Shown: positions 1-7,870, counted from the first letter of the stretch. The stretch: DNA of 24,000 nucleotides from Cetobacterium somerae (GCF_022430525.1 NZ_CP092519.1:784454-808453), one strand, 5' to 3'. Numbers and translations are program-made. Notes: a model not told the origin generated them from the letters alone.

Positions 1-84
1 ATGGTTGATAAAGCTATCTACTTTTAAAATAGAGCTATCAGTAACTGACCCGTATTTTTCAATATATTCTTTTAATAATTTCAT
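1..84 (-). CDS. xpt: Xanthine phosphoribosyltransferase, first 28 codons only (the gene runs off the window start)
   Basis: The reverse complement of 1-84 translates to MKLLKEYIEKYGSVTDSSILKVDSFINH. The LKVDSF(L/I)NH N-terminus is characteristic of Bacillus-type Xpt. The ATG at 84..82 overlaps the TGA stop at 83..81 of the upstream gene (ATGA coupling). It is absent from the ORF track because it is truncated. Confidence 0.75.
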   Translation of the reverse strand, partial: MKLLKEYIEKYGSVTDSSILKVDSFINH

Positions 85-1358
85 ATTTGTTCCTCCAACA
101 TTTCTAATTTTTTTAAATCATTTTGTGTATCTATATCAAAAAACTCCAAAGAGTTTTTAAAATTACATTTTATAAAGTTTTCTTTTTTTAAAATTTCACG
201 TCCTCCACTATCACCTTTGAGCTTGATAAGTTCATTACGATAACGCTTTGGAAAAAGTACAGGAGCCTTTTTATTTCCATCGATAAATGGAACTATAATT
301 TGATTATATTTTTGAAATTCATATATCAATTTTAATAGAGTACTCTTTGTTAGGAAGGGCATATCTCCTGGAATAAATAGATAACCAGATAAAGATGAGT
401 TTAAAGTTCCTAATATAACAGAGTAACTTTGACCAAGCTCAGGATTAGGATTGATTATATAGGTGTAGCCATAATTATGACTTAGCTCATCATGAAAAGA
501 GTTTTTTCCAATAAGTATTTTCTCTTTAAAATTTATTTGAGAGATATTTAAAAGAGTTTGCTCTAATATGGTTTTTCCATTAATTAATTTAAAATTCAAT
601 TTATCGCCTAAAAATCTTTTTGAAAAACCTGCTGCTAAAACAATTGGTGTAATATTTTTAAAAGAAAAGAATTCATTTTTAAAAATAGATCCAAAATAGA
701 TTTTAGAGGTAATATTAACTTTATTTACAATATTAAAAAACTCTTCAAATAAATCAATAGATTCAATTTTATTAAAAAATAGTATTTTTTCATTTGAAGT
801 TCCTTTAAAAAAGGTATTTGAATTAATATAACCTATATAATCATTTTTTTCAATAGTTTTATTAGAATTAAAATATTGCTTTTGAAAAAGGTCAAATCTA
901 TGAATAGTATTTTCATTTTTCTCTTTATGTAAAGCTGTTATATCAATAATAGCGATAGTTTTAGTAGAAGCAGGATAAATTACAGGCTCATTATTCTTCC
1001 ACCCTTTTAAAGCTTTATTAGCACTTCCATCAGCCTCTATTAAAATAAAATCAAAACGATTTTTAAATTTGTTTAACTCTTCAAAAGAAGCACTATCGAT
1101 TTTATCATTTTCAATCTTTGGACAAAAAATGTGTATAAAATTATCCTGAGGAGATATAAAATCTATCTCCTCAGGATATATGAAAATAAAACTATTATTT
1201 TCTGTGGTCTCTGGTTTAAATATTTTAGTGGTTGTAGCTATTAAGACAGTTCCTCTTTTTTTTAATTGATTTGCCAGATAAAACATTAAGGAAGTTTTAC
1301 CACCGGCTCCAGTAATAGATATAATATCTCCTTTAGTGATATTAAAAAGTTCTGACAT
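81..1358 (-). CDS. Fusion protein: N-terminal YqeC-family selenium-dependent hydroxylase accessory domain (about aa 1-230) plus C-terminal MocA-like molybdenum cofactor cytidylyltransferase domain (about aa 233-425)
   Basis: The N-terminal half carries YqeC family motifs: DIISITGAGGKTSLMFYLA, TTTTKIF and LIEADGSANKALKGWKNNEPVIYP. The C-terminal half carries MobA/MocA NTP-transferase motifs: IVLAAGFSKRF, GQSYSVILG, PGDMPFL, APVLFP and LKGDSGGREIL. A GGGAGGAG RBS lies upstream of the ATG at 1358. Confidence 0.8.
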   Translation of the reverse strand: MSELFNITKGDIISITGAGGKTSLMFYLANQLKKRGTVLIATTTKIFKPETTENNSFIFIYPEEIDFISPQDNFIHIFCPKIENDKIDSASFEELNKFKNRFDFILIEADGSANKALKGWKNNEPVIYPASTKTIAIIDITALHKEKNENTIHRFDLFQKQYFNSNKTIEKNDYIGYINSNTFFKGTSNEKILFFNKIESIDLFEEFFNIVNKVNITSKIYFGSIFKNEFFSFKNITPIVLAAGFSKRFLGDKLNFKLINGKTILEQTLLNISQINFKEKILIGKNSFHDELSHNYGYTYIINPNPELGQSYSVILGTLNSSLSGYLFIPGDMPFLTKSTLLKLIYEFQKYNQIIVPFIDGNKKAPVLFPKRYRNELIKLKGDSGGREILKKENFIKCNFKNSLEFFDIDTQNDLKKLEMLEEQI

Positions 1359-1385
1359 GAAAATCTCCTCCCACTTTGAATAGTT

Positions 1386-3638
1386 TTAGATATCTAAAAT
1401 TCCCATTAAAACTTTTTCAGATGTTACAGGTAAATTTCTAACTCTAACTTTAGTTGCGTTATATACAGCATCTACAATAGCAGGAGCAGGAGTATTTACA
1501 ACAACTTCACCAACAGATTTAGCTCCAAAAGGCCCTGTTTTTTCATAAGAGTTTGAAAATTCAACTCTTATATTTTTACAATCAAGTCTAGAAGGAATTT
1601 TATATTGCATTAAAGAGTCGGTCATAACTCTTCCCTTTTTATCATACTTAATATCTTCAAAAAGAGCAAGTCCTATTCCTTGAGCAGCTCCACCTTCAAC
1701 TTGAACTTGAACTAAGTTTGGATTGATAGGAGTTCCACAATCTACAACAGAAAGGTAGTCAGTAACTTCAACTTCTCCTGTTAAAGTATCTACTTCGACC
1801 TCAGCAAATCCTGCAATAAATGGTGGTGGAGAAGTTTCTCCTCCCCAAGTTCCAGTTGTAGTAATTTGATTCATTCCCTCAAAAGAGATAGAACGTTGTG
1901 CAAACTCTTCTAAAGAGATAATTTTATCAGCTATTTTTAGCTCAGTTCCAAGATAATCAATATCACCAATTTCAACATTGAACATTTTAGATGCACCTTT
2001 TAAAATTTCCTCTTTCATATTATTTGCAGCAATAATAACAGCATTTCCAGTAACATAAGTACCACTAGATGCATATGCTCCAGGATCATATGGAGATAAA
2101 TCAGTATCAGCTGAATGAATAGAGATTCTATCCATAGGAACTTCTAAAACTTCAGCAGCCATTTGAGTAAGAACAGTATCACATCCTTGTCCCATATCAG
2201 TAACTCCAACCATAAGATTAAAATCACCTCTATCTCCAAGCTTTATTGTTGCAGCAGCAGTATCAATACCACCAATTCCAGATCCTTGCATTGTAACAGC
2301 CATTCCAGCAGCTCTAATTTTATTAGGAGCTACTTCCCTAGGGATTGATTTTTCTGCCCAATTAAATTTTTCTTTACCAATTTCAATGCATTTTTTAATA
2401 TCACCACTTGTAATATATTTTCCTTCACCTGGTTCAACAAGATTTTTCATCCTAACTTCAGTAGGATCAAGCTTCAGATGATGAGCTAATTCATTAATAA
2501 TAGATTCTACAGCAAAAGTTCCTTGAGTAGCTCCATATCCTCTAAAAGCACCAGCATTCATGGTGTTAGAATAAACAATATTAGCATTAAATCTCATAGG
2601 CACAGTATCGTAAAGAGGAAAAGTTTTATATGAAACAAGAGAAGTAACTGTAGGAGCGTGCTCACCGTAAGCGCCAGCATTTGATAAGACATTTATATCA
2701 ATAGCTTTGATGTTTCCATTTGTATCTGCTCCAATTTTTACATCAAGTTTCATCCCGTGTCTTGTAGTTGTACAAGTATGTGTTTCTTTTCTGTTGTATA
2801 CTATTTTAGATGGTTTTCCTGTTTTTAAAGTAACAAAAGCTGAATAAATTTCACAAACAGCTGTTTGCTTACCACCAAAACCACCACCTATTCTAGGTTT
2901 AATAACTCTTATTTTACTACTAGGCATCTCTAAAGCTCTAGCTAAGTGTCTTCTAACATGAAATGGAATTTGTGTTGAACTTACTGTTGTCAATCTACCA
3001 TTAACATCAAAGTAACTATAAGACCTATAAGTCTCCATCATAGCATGCATTTGCGGTTGAGTATAGTATGTTCTTTCAAGAATAATATCACTATTTTGAA
3101 ATCCTTCATCAACACCAGGTTTTTCAGCATAAGCTTTAGAGGCTATATTTCTCTCTCTTTCATAACCAATTTCAAAATTAGTATGAACTTCTTCTGGGTG
3201 AATAATAATATGAGAATCAATAGATTTTTCAAAGTCTAAAATCGGTTCTAAAACTTCATATTGAACTTTAATTAGTTTCATAGCTTTATCAGCAGCTCTT
3301 TCATCTTCAGCAGCTATAATAGCTACAGGATCTCCGACATATCTAACATATTCATCAAGAATTCTTCTATCATATGGAGATGGTTCAGGGAAACTTTGTC
3401 CAGCTAAGGTAAATCTAGTTTTAGGAGTATCATTATGTGTAAAGATAGCTTCAACACCAGGAACCTTTAAAGCTATTGATACATCAATAGCTTTAATTTT
3501 AGCAAAAGGATGAGGTGATCTTAATAATTTTATAGTTAAAACATTATTATTTAAAATTAAATCTTCAGTATAAGCAGGATTTCCTGTAACAACTCCTATA
3601 CCATCAACTTTCTTAACTGATGTATTAACAATTTTCAT
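1386..3638 (-). CDS. Xanthine dehydrogenase/aldehyde oxidase family molybdopterin-binding large subunit (probable purine hydroxylase)
   Basis: 750 aa containing RIGGGFGGKQ, AGAFRGYGATQG and QVEGGAAQGIG, motifs typical of the XDH/CoxL family. A GGAGGAG RBS lies inside the end of the upstream gene, and the two genes overlap by 14 nt. Confidence 0.9.
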   Translation of the reverse strand: MKIVNTSVKKVDGIGVVTGNPAYTEDLILNNNVLTIKLLRSPHPFAKIKAIDVSIALKVPGVEAIFTHNDTPKTRFTLAGQSFPEPSPYDRRILDEYVRYVGDPVAIIAAEDERAADKAMKLIKVQYEVLEPILDFEKSIDSHIIIHPEEVHTNFEIGYERERNIASKAYAEKPGVDEGFQNSDIILERTYYTQPQMHAMMETYRSYSYFDVNGRLTTVSSTQIPFHVRRHLARALEMPSSKIRVIKPRIGGGFGGKQTAVCEIYSAFVTLKTGKPSKIVYNRKETHTCTTTRHGMKLDVKIGADTNGNIKAIDINVLSNAGAYGEHAPTVTSLVSYKTFPLYDTVPMRFNANIVYSNTMNAGAFRGYGATQGTFAVESIINELAHHLKLDPTEVRMKNLVEPGEGKYITSGDIKKCIEIGKEKFNWAEKSIPREVAPNKIRAAGMAVTMQGSGIGGIDTAAATIKLGDRGDFNLMVGVTDMGQGCDTVLTQMAAEVLEVPMDRISIHSADTDLSPYDPGAYASSGTYVTGNAVIIAANNMKEEILKGASKMFNVEIGDIDYLGTELKIADKIISLEEFAQRSISFEGMNQITTTGTWGGETSPPPFIAGFAEVEVDTLTGEVEVTDYLSVVDCGTPINPNLVQVQVEGGAAQGIGLALFEDIKYDKKGRVMTDSLMQYKIPSRLDCKNIRVEFSNSYEKTGPFGAKSVGEVVVNTPAPAIVDAVYNATKVRVRNLPVTSEKVLMGILDI

Positions 3639-4089
3639 TTTTTATCTCCTCCATAAAATTTCTAATTGCTCTAAGTTGAGATACATATCCGCTACATCTA
3701 CAAAGATTTCCATTTAAATAATGCATAATTTCCTCATCAGTAGGGTCTTGTAATTCTTTAATCATTGCAATAACAGTTAATGTAAATCCAGGAGAACAAA
3801 AACCACATTGTTCAGCCCCTTCGCTAGTCATAAAAGAAGCAAATTTTTTAGCTTCTACTGGAAAATGTTCAATTGTAGAAATTTGTTTTCCTTGTGCTCT
3901 AGCTGCAAGAGTGCTACAAGAAAGTATAGGAGAACCATTTAAAAGAACTGTACATAAACCACAAGCTCCAGTGTCACAACCTCTTTTAACACTAAGGTAT
4001 CCTTCTTTTCTTAAAACATCAAGTAGATAATCGTCATCTTTTATAAGAATCTCTTTTTTTCTACCATTTATAGTAGTTGTTAATAACAT
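3625..4089 (-). CDS. Molybdenum hydroxylase [2Fe-2S] small subunit
   Basis: 154 aa with both cluster motifs, CDTGACGLCTV and QCGFCSPG...LCRCSGY. It overlaps both flanking subunit genes. Confidence 0.9.
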   Translation of the reverse strand: MLLTTTINGRKKEILIKDDDYLLDVLRKEGYLSVKRGCDTGACGLCTVLLNGSPILSCSTLAARAQGKQISTIEHFPVEAKKFASFMTSEGAEQCGFCSPGFTLTVIAMIKELQDPTDEEIMHYLNGNLCRCSGYVSQLRAIRNFMEEIKNENC

Positions 4090-4883
4090 TAATTTAAAAC
4101 CTCCTGAATTCCTTTTCTAAGTAATGCTGCTAGAAGAAGTTCTCTATAAGACTTTGAACCTCTCATATTTGAATCTAAAGGAATTTCATTTCCAATATAT
4201 TTCATAGCATTGATAATTTCATTTTCAATATTTTCACTATGGTTAAAAATGTCCATAGTTTTTCTAGCTAATATAGCTTTTCCAGGTCTTGATCCAACAG
4301 AAATAGTTACACTATTATCAGATTTACAAATAGCTAAATTTATAATAGAATAATCAGTTTTACTTTTTCTTACACATTGAAAAGATGTTTTATAAACTTT
4401 TTTAGGTATTAAAATTTCTACTAGTATATCTCTTCTAATATCTGATTCATTTAAAAATGACTCTAATGTTAAGATACCACCATTGAAAAGTTTAACTTTA
4501 CTACCTAAAGCAAGTAAAACTGGAATTAAATCAGAGAAACCATACTTACTAAAAACTGTTGCTCCAACAGTTACATTTGTTCTAAATTGTACACCAATAA
4601 TATCCTTTAAAGCAGTATTAAAAATTTCTCCAAAATAATCTTTTAAAAGAGAGTTTGTTTCAAGAGATCTAAAATTAGTCATAGCTCCAATTGAAATAAA
4701 ATCCTCTTTTTCTAAAATGTAATTTAGATTTAAATTTGATAAATCAATAGCTGTATTCCAAGAGGTATTTCCCATTCTTAAATAAGAAGTTCCACCTAGA
4801 ATAATATTTTTTTTATTTTTTAAAAGTTCTGAATAAGCTTCTTCAAGAGAAGAGGCTAGAAAAAATTTTGAAAAAGAAAACAA
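4089..4883 (-). CDS. Molybdenum hydroxylase FAD-binding medium subunit
   Basis: 264 aa. It has the ILGGTSYL (GGT) motif and CoxM/XdhB-like length and position. It overlaps the FeS subunit gene by 1 nt. Confidence 0.8.
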   Translation of the reverse strand: MFSFSKFFLASSLEEAYSELLKNKKNIILGGTSYLRMGNTSWNTAIDLSNLNLNYILEKEDFISIGAMTNFRSLETNSLLKDYFGEIFNTALKDIIGVQFRTNVTVGATVFSKYGFSDLIPVLLALGSKVKLFNGGILTLESFLNESDIRRDILVEILIPKKVYKTSFQCVRKSKTDYSIINLAICKSDNSVTISVGSRPGKAILARKTMDIFNHSENIENEIINAMKYIGNEIPLDSNMRGSKSYRELLLAALLRKGIQEVLN

Positions 4884-4910
4884 GTTAAAACCTCCAATTA
4901 ATCTAATTTA

Positions 4911-6260
4911 TTAAGCAACTTTTTTGGCTAATTTAGCTTCTTCAGTTACTTTTTCTTCAACTGTTTCATTCTCTGGAGGTAAAATTATATTTAAGAATAC
5001 AGCAATTGTACCAGAAACAACAATTCCAGATCCACCAAATATAAGTTTTATACTTTCAGGGAAAACAGTTAGAGCCTCAGGAACATTTCCAAGGCCATAT
5101 CCAAGCCCTAACGAAACAGCTAATATAACAGAATTTCTACCTTTTAAAGGTTCTTTAGTAATTAAATTGATACCACTTATTGAAATCATAGCAAAGACCA
5201 TAACTAAACTTCCACCAATAACACTAGCAGGAATAATTGTGAAAAGAGCACCTATTTTAGGGATAAAAGCTCCAACAACTAGGAACATAGCTCCAGTCGC
5301 AACAACAAATCTACTCATAATACCAGTCATAGCAATAATACCAGTATTTTGGCTAAAAGATGTAGTAGGTAAAACAGAGAATACTGCAGCTAAAGCACTT
5401 CCAAGTCCATCAGCAAGGATTCCACCTGACAGTTCTTTATCAGTTGTTTCTCTACCAGCACCACCCATAGTAACTCCAGACATATCTCCAACAGTTTCAA
5501 CAGCAGAAACGATAAACATTAAAATCATAGCTAAAATAGCATCAAAATGAAATGCAAATCCAAACATTAAAGGTCTAGGTACAGTAAGATAGTCAGCTTG
5601 AATAAGGGGTTGTAAATTTACTTTCCCAAATATTAAAGCTACTATAAAACCAACAATTGTTCCAATGAATATAGAACCAGTACTTAAGATACCTTTTGTA
5701 AATTGTTTAAAGAAAACAACAGTAATAAGAACAACCGTTCCAATAAGTAAATTTTCAATAGAACCAAAATCTGGAGCACCAACACCGCCAGCAAAGCTTT
5801 TAATCCCAACAGGTAAAAGAGAAAGACCGATAGAAAGAACAACAACACCTGTAACAATAGGTGGAAAAAACTTTCTTACCCTTTTTATAATAAGACCTAA
5901 AAGTCCTTCAAAAATTCCTCCAATTAATGCAGCACCTAATACTCCTTCAAAACCATATCTTGTTCCAATAGAGATAGCAACAGGAACAAAAGCAAAACTA
6001 GTTCCAACAACAATAGGTAGTTTAGCTCCAATAGGACCAAGAGTATATGCTTGAATTAAAGTGTTTAACCCTGCAACAAACATTGAAGCTTGAATAAGAA
6101 GCGTTTTTTGCTCAGATGAAATTCCTAAAACACCAGCAACGATTATGATAGGTGTAATGTTACTTACAAACATTGCTAAAATATGTTGTAAACCTAAAGG
6201 TAAAGCTGTTTTTAACTCTGGAACTCCATCTAAGTGATAAGGTGATCTGTTTTTTTTCAT
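4911..6260 (-). CDS. NCS2-family nucleobase (xanthine/uracil-type) permease
   Basis: A polytopic protein with NCS2-like segments (LGLQHILAMF, FSQNTGIIAMTG). I moved the start to the ATG at 6260 (MKKNRSPYHL), which sits 10 nt downstream of AGGAGG (plus-strand cctcct 6271-6276). The track start at 6302 would translate through the RBS. Confidence 0.85.
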   Translation of the reverse strand: MKKNRSPYHLDGVPELKTALPLGLQHILAMFVSNITPIIIVAGVLGISSEQKTLLIQASMFVAGLNTLIQAYTLGPIGAKLPIVVGTSFAFVPVAISIGTRYGFEGVLGAALIGGIFEGLLGLIIKRVRKFFPPIVTGVVVLSIGLSLLPVGIKSFAGGVGAPDFGSIENLLIGTVVLITVVFFKQFTKGILSTGSIFIGTIVGFIVALIFGKVNLQPLIQADYLTVPRPLMFGFAFHFDAILAMILMFIVSAVETVGDMSGVTMGGAGRETTDKELSGGILADGLGSALAAVFSVLPTTSFSQNTGIIAMTGIMSRFVVATGAMFLVVGAFIPKIGALFTIIPASVIGGSLVMVFAMISISGINLITKEPLKGRNSVILAVSLGLGYGLGNVPEALTVFPESIKLIFGGSGIVVSGTIAVFLNIILPPENETVEEKVTEEAKLAKKVA

Positions 6261-6330
6261 TGATAATAATCCTCCTAAAATTCTTTTTTGAATTTTACTC
6301 AAATATATATTTGGGATTAAACTATTGTAG

Positions 6331-6384
6331 AAAATAAAAAAGATTATCCTTTTTCATCTTCTACAAGTGAAAAATAGATAATCT
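6331..6384 (-). terminator. Intrinsic terminator hairpin serving as the riboswitch expression platform
   Basis: The minus strand reads AGAUUAUCUAUUUUUCA-CUUGUAGAAGA-UGAAAAAGGAUAAUCU, then UUUUUUAUUUU. It lies between the aptamer and the permease RBS. Confidence 0.7.
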
Positions 6385-6414
6385 AAAAAAACTAGACTAA
6401 AAAATCTATTTATT

Positions 6415-6483
6415 TCACCCATAGTGGCTAATTTAAGGTTAGCCGTAGAAACTTCCGACCGTATTACGGATATATATGAGTAA
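6415..6483 (-). promoter_or_regulatory. Purine riboswitch aptamer, guanine/hypoxanthine/xanthine class (C at the specificity position)
   Basis: The minus strand reads UUACUCAUAUAUAUCCGUAAUACGGUCGGAAGUUUCUACGGCUAACCUUAAAUUAGCCACUAUGGGUG. P1 is ACUCAUA/UAUGGGU. J2/3 is GUUUCUAC, identical to the B. subtilis xpt aptamer. P3 is GGCUAA/UUAGCC with L3 CCUUAAA, and L2 is AAUACGG. J3/1 is AC, so position 74 is C. Confidence 0.85.
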
Positions 6484-6609
6484 TTCTTTAATTTCCTTTG
6501 AATTTACTTCAAAGGTATTACATACTATATTTAAAACTTGCCCTTAAAAATAAACTAATAAATGAATTAATCAAATTTTAGTGAATTTAAGAACGTTTAC
6601 TTAGGAAAA

Positions 6610-6638
6610 ATGATACCATAATTTAGTTAACTTTTCAA
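6610..6638 (-). promoter_or_regulatory. Candidate sigma-70-type promoter for the riboswitch operon
   Basis: The minus strand has TTGAAA (6638..6633), a 17-nt spacer, then TGgTATCAT (-10 at 6615..6610, extended TG). This implies a leader of about 120 nt before the aptamer. No better-placed hexamers were seen. Confidence 0.35.
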
Positions 6639-6749
6639 TATTTTTTTACTAAGTCGACAAAGGTGAAATTTAATTAATTAAAGCAAAAATAATGATTAAC
6701 AAATTATTTTATATAAAAAGTTTGACAAACGAATTATTTTGTTATAAAC

Positions 6750-6828
6750 TATCAAAGTAAATGCTGTTATTTACGCCAACCAAAAAATTAGTTAAAAATT
6801 GAAGACCCTTCCCAAGGTCTTCTTTTTT
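6750..6828 (+). ncRNA. Candidate short independent transcript (about 80 nt) or leader, function unknown
   Basis: TTGACA at 6722-6727 has candidate -10 hexamers at TATAAA 6743-6748 or TAAACT 6745-6750. Next comes the hairpin GTAAAT-gctgtt-ATTTAC, an A-rich linker, then a terminator at 6801-6828. A separate strong promoter for the next gene lies downstream of that terminator. Confidence 0.3.
6801..6828 (+). terminator. Intrinsic terminator with no annotated upstream plus-strand gene
   Basis: GAAGACC (6801-6807) and GGTCTTC (6816-6822) flank an 8-nt loop and are followed by TTTTTT (6823-6828). Confidence 0.6.
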
Positions 6829-6853
6829 ACATTGATTTACTTTATTGTTTGTT

Positions 6854-6882
6854 TTGACAATTATATATTTTAAGAATATACT
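6854..6882 (+). promoter_or_regulatory. Promoter of the aldo-keto reductase gene
   Basis: TTGACA (6854-6859), a 17-nt spacer, then TATACT (6877-6882). The RBS AAGGGGG follows at 6904-6910. Confidence 0.6.
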
Positions 6883-6916
6883 AAGTGTAACCAAAACTAA
6901 TATAAGGGGGCTTTTT

Positions 6917-7816
6917 ATGAACTATATACAGTTAAGTGAAAAATTAAAGATGTCAAAAATAGCATTAGGATTTTGGCGTTTAAATGATTGGGGAATGTCC
7001 AAAGAAGAGTTATCAGAATATTTAGAAAAAGCAATTGATTTAGGTGTTACAACATTTGATCATGCAGATATTTATGGCCGTTATACTTGTGAAAAAATTT
7101 TTGGAGAGGTTTTAGGTTTAAAACCAGAGTTAAGAGCAAAAATGCAATTAGTAAGCAAAGTTGGAATAAAATTAGTATCAGAGAATATGCCTGAAAATAC
7201 ATATCATTGTTATGATACAAGCTATGAACATATAGTTAAAAGTGTAGAAAAATCTTTAAAAAATTTAAATACAGATTATTTAGATTTAGTATTGATTCAT
7301 AGACCTGATATGTATATGGATGCTGATGAAACAGCCAGAGCTTTAACTGATTTAAGAAAGGCTGGGAAAGTTTTAGAATGGGGAGTTTCTAATTTTTTAC
7401 CATCGGATTTTAATCTTTTACAAAGTAGATTGGATTTCAAACTTGTTACTAATCAAATAGAGCTATCACCATTAAAAACACAACATTTTTATGATGGAAC
7501 AATAAACTTAATGCAGGAAAAAAGAGTTCCTATAATGGTTTGGTCTCCTTTAGCAGGTGGGGAAATCTTTATTTCTGGGGATGAAAATGCAGTAGAGTTA
7601 AGAAAAGTTTTAGAGAGATTATCTAAAAAATACAATTGTAAGTCTGATACGATAATCTATGCTTGGCATTTATCTCATCCCGCAAATTTAATACCAATTT
7701 GTGGAAGTGGAAAGATAGAAAGGTTAGAGTCTGCTGTGAAAGCGTGTAATATAAAATTGACAAGAGAAGAGTGGTTTGAAATATTAGTAAACGGAATGGG
7801 AAATGATATTCCATAA
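6917..7816 (+). CDS. ydhF: Aldo/keto reductase family oxidoreductase, YdhF-like
   Basis: From the ATG at 6917 (MNYIQLSEKLKMSKIALGFWRL) it gives 299 aa. It aligns from memory along the full length with E. coli YdhF: GVTTFDHADIYG, LIHRPD, DADE, GVSNF, LQSRL, NQIE(L/I)SP and GSGKIERL. The track start at 6845 runs through the promoter. Confidence 0.8.
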   Translation: MNYIQLSEKLKMSKIALGFWRLNDWGMSKEELSEYLEKAIDLGVTTFDHADIYGRYTCEKIFGEVLGLKPELRAKMQLVSKVGIKLVSENMPENTYHCYDTSYEHIVKSVEKSLKNLNTDYLDLVLIHRPDMYMDADETARALTDLRKAGKVLEWGVSNFLPSDFNLLQSRLDFKLVTNQIELSPLKTQHFYDGTINLMQEKRVPIMVWSPLAGGEIFISGDENAVELRKVLERLSKKYNCKSDTIIYAWHLSHPANLIPICGSGKIERLESAVKACNIKLTREEWFEILVNGMGNDIP

Positions 7817-7828
7817 AATTATAGAAAT

Positions 7829-7868
7829 AAAAAAGCCTTACTATATAAGAAATATAGTAGGGCTTTTT
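7829..7868. terminator. Bidirectional intrinsic terminator between convergent genes
   Basis: A 12-bp stem, GCCTTACTATAT (7835-7846) with ATATAGTAGGGC (7852-7863), closes the loop aagaa. An A-run lies on the left and a T-run on the right. Confidence 0.75.
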
Positions 7869-7870
7869 AC

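Noticed and set aside
2163-3239. Plus-strand ORFs 2163-2348 (61 aa) and 3045-3239 (64 aa) in the track
   Set aside because: They are antisense to the well-supported Mo-subunit gene. They are low-complexity Ser/Asn/Ile-rich translations with no RBS. They are shadow ORFs.
4924-6054. Plus-strand ORFs 4924-5550 (208 aa) and 5665-6054 (129 aa)
   Set aside because: They are antisense to the NCS2 permease. The Pro/Thr/Ile-rich composition is what the reverse frame of a Gly/Val/Ile-rich membrane protein produces. There are no start-site signals.
6261-6302. N-terminal extension of the permease ORF (MSKIQKRILGGLLS)
   Set aside because: The extension is translated through the AGGAGG RBS that serves the ATG at 6260, and it overlaps the riboswitch terminator tail. 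The downstream start is far better supported.
6495-6515. 8-bp hairpin CCTTTGAA-tttac-TTCAAAGG just upstream (minus-strand sense) of the riboswitch aptamer
   Set aside because: It has no U/T-run on either strand, so it is not a terminator. It is probably just leader structure, and I cannot assign it a function.
6588-6603. AACGTT-centred sequence (aagaacgtttactt) reminiscent of a PurR/LacI-type box in the purine operon leader
   Set aside because: Symmetry does not extend beyond the central 6-mer (arms match 3 of 6). It is likely a chance occurrence.
6845-6916. N-terminal extension of the aldo-keto reductase ORF starting at 6845
   Set aside because: It begins at a non-ATG codon and runs across the TTGACA-17-TATACT promoter and the RBS. 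The ATG at 6917 aligns with the YdhF N-terminus.
7623-7814. Minus-strand 63-aa ORF
   Set aside because: It is antisense within the 3' end of the aldo-keto reductase gene, and it has no RBS and no recognisable motifs.
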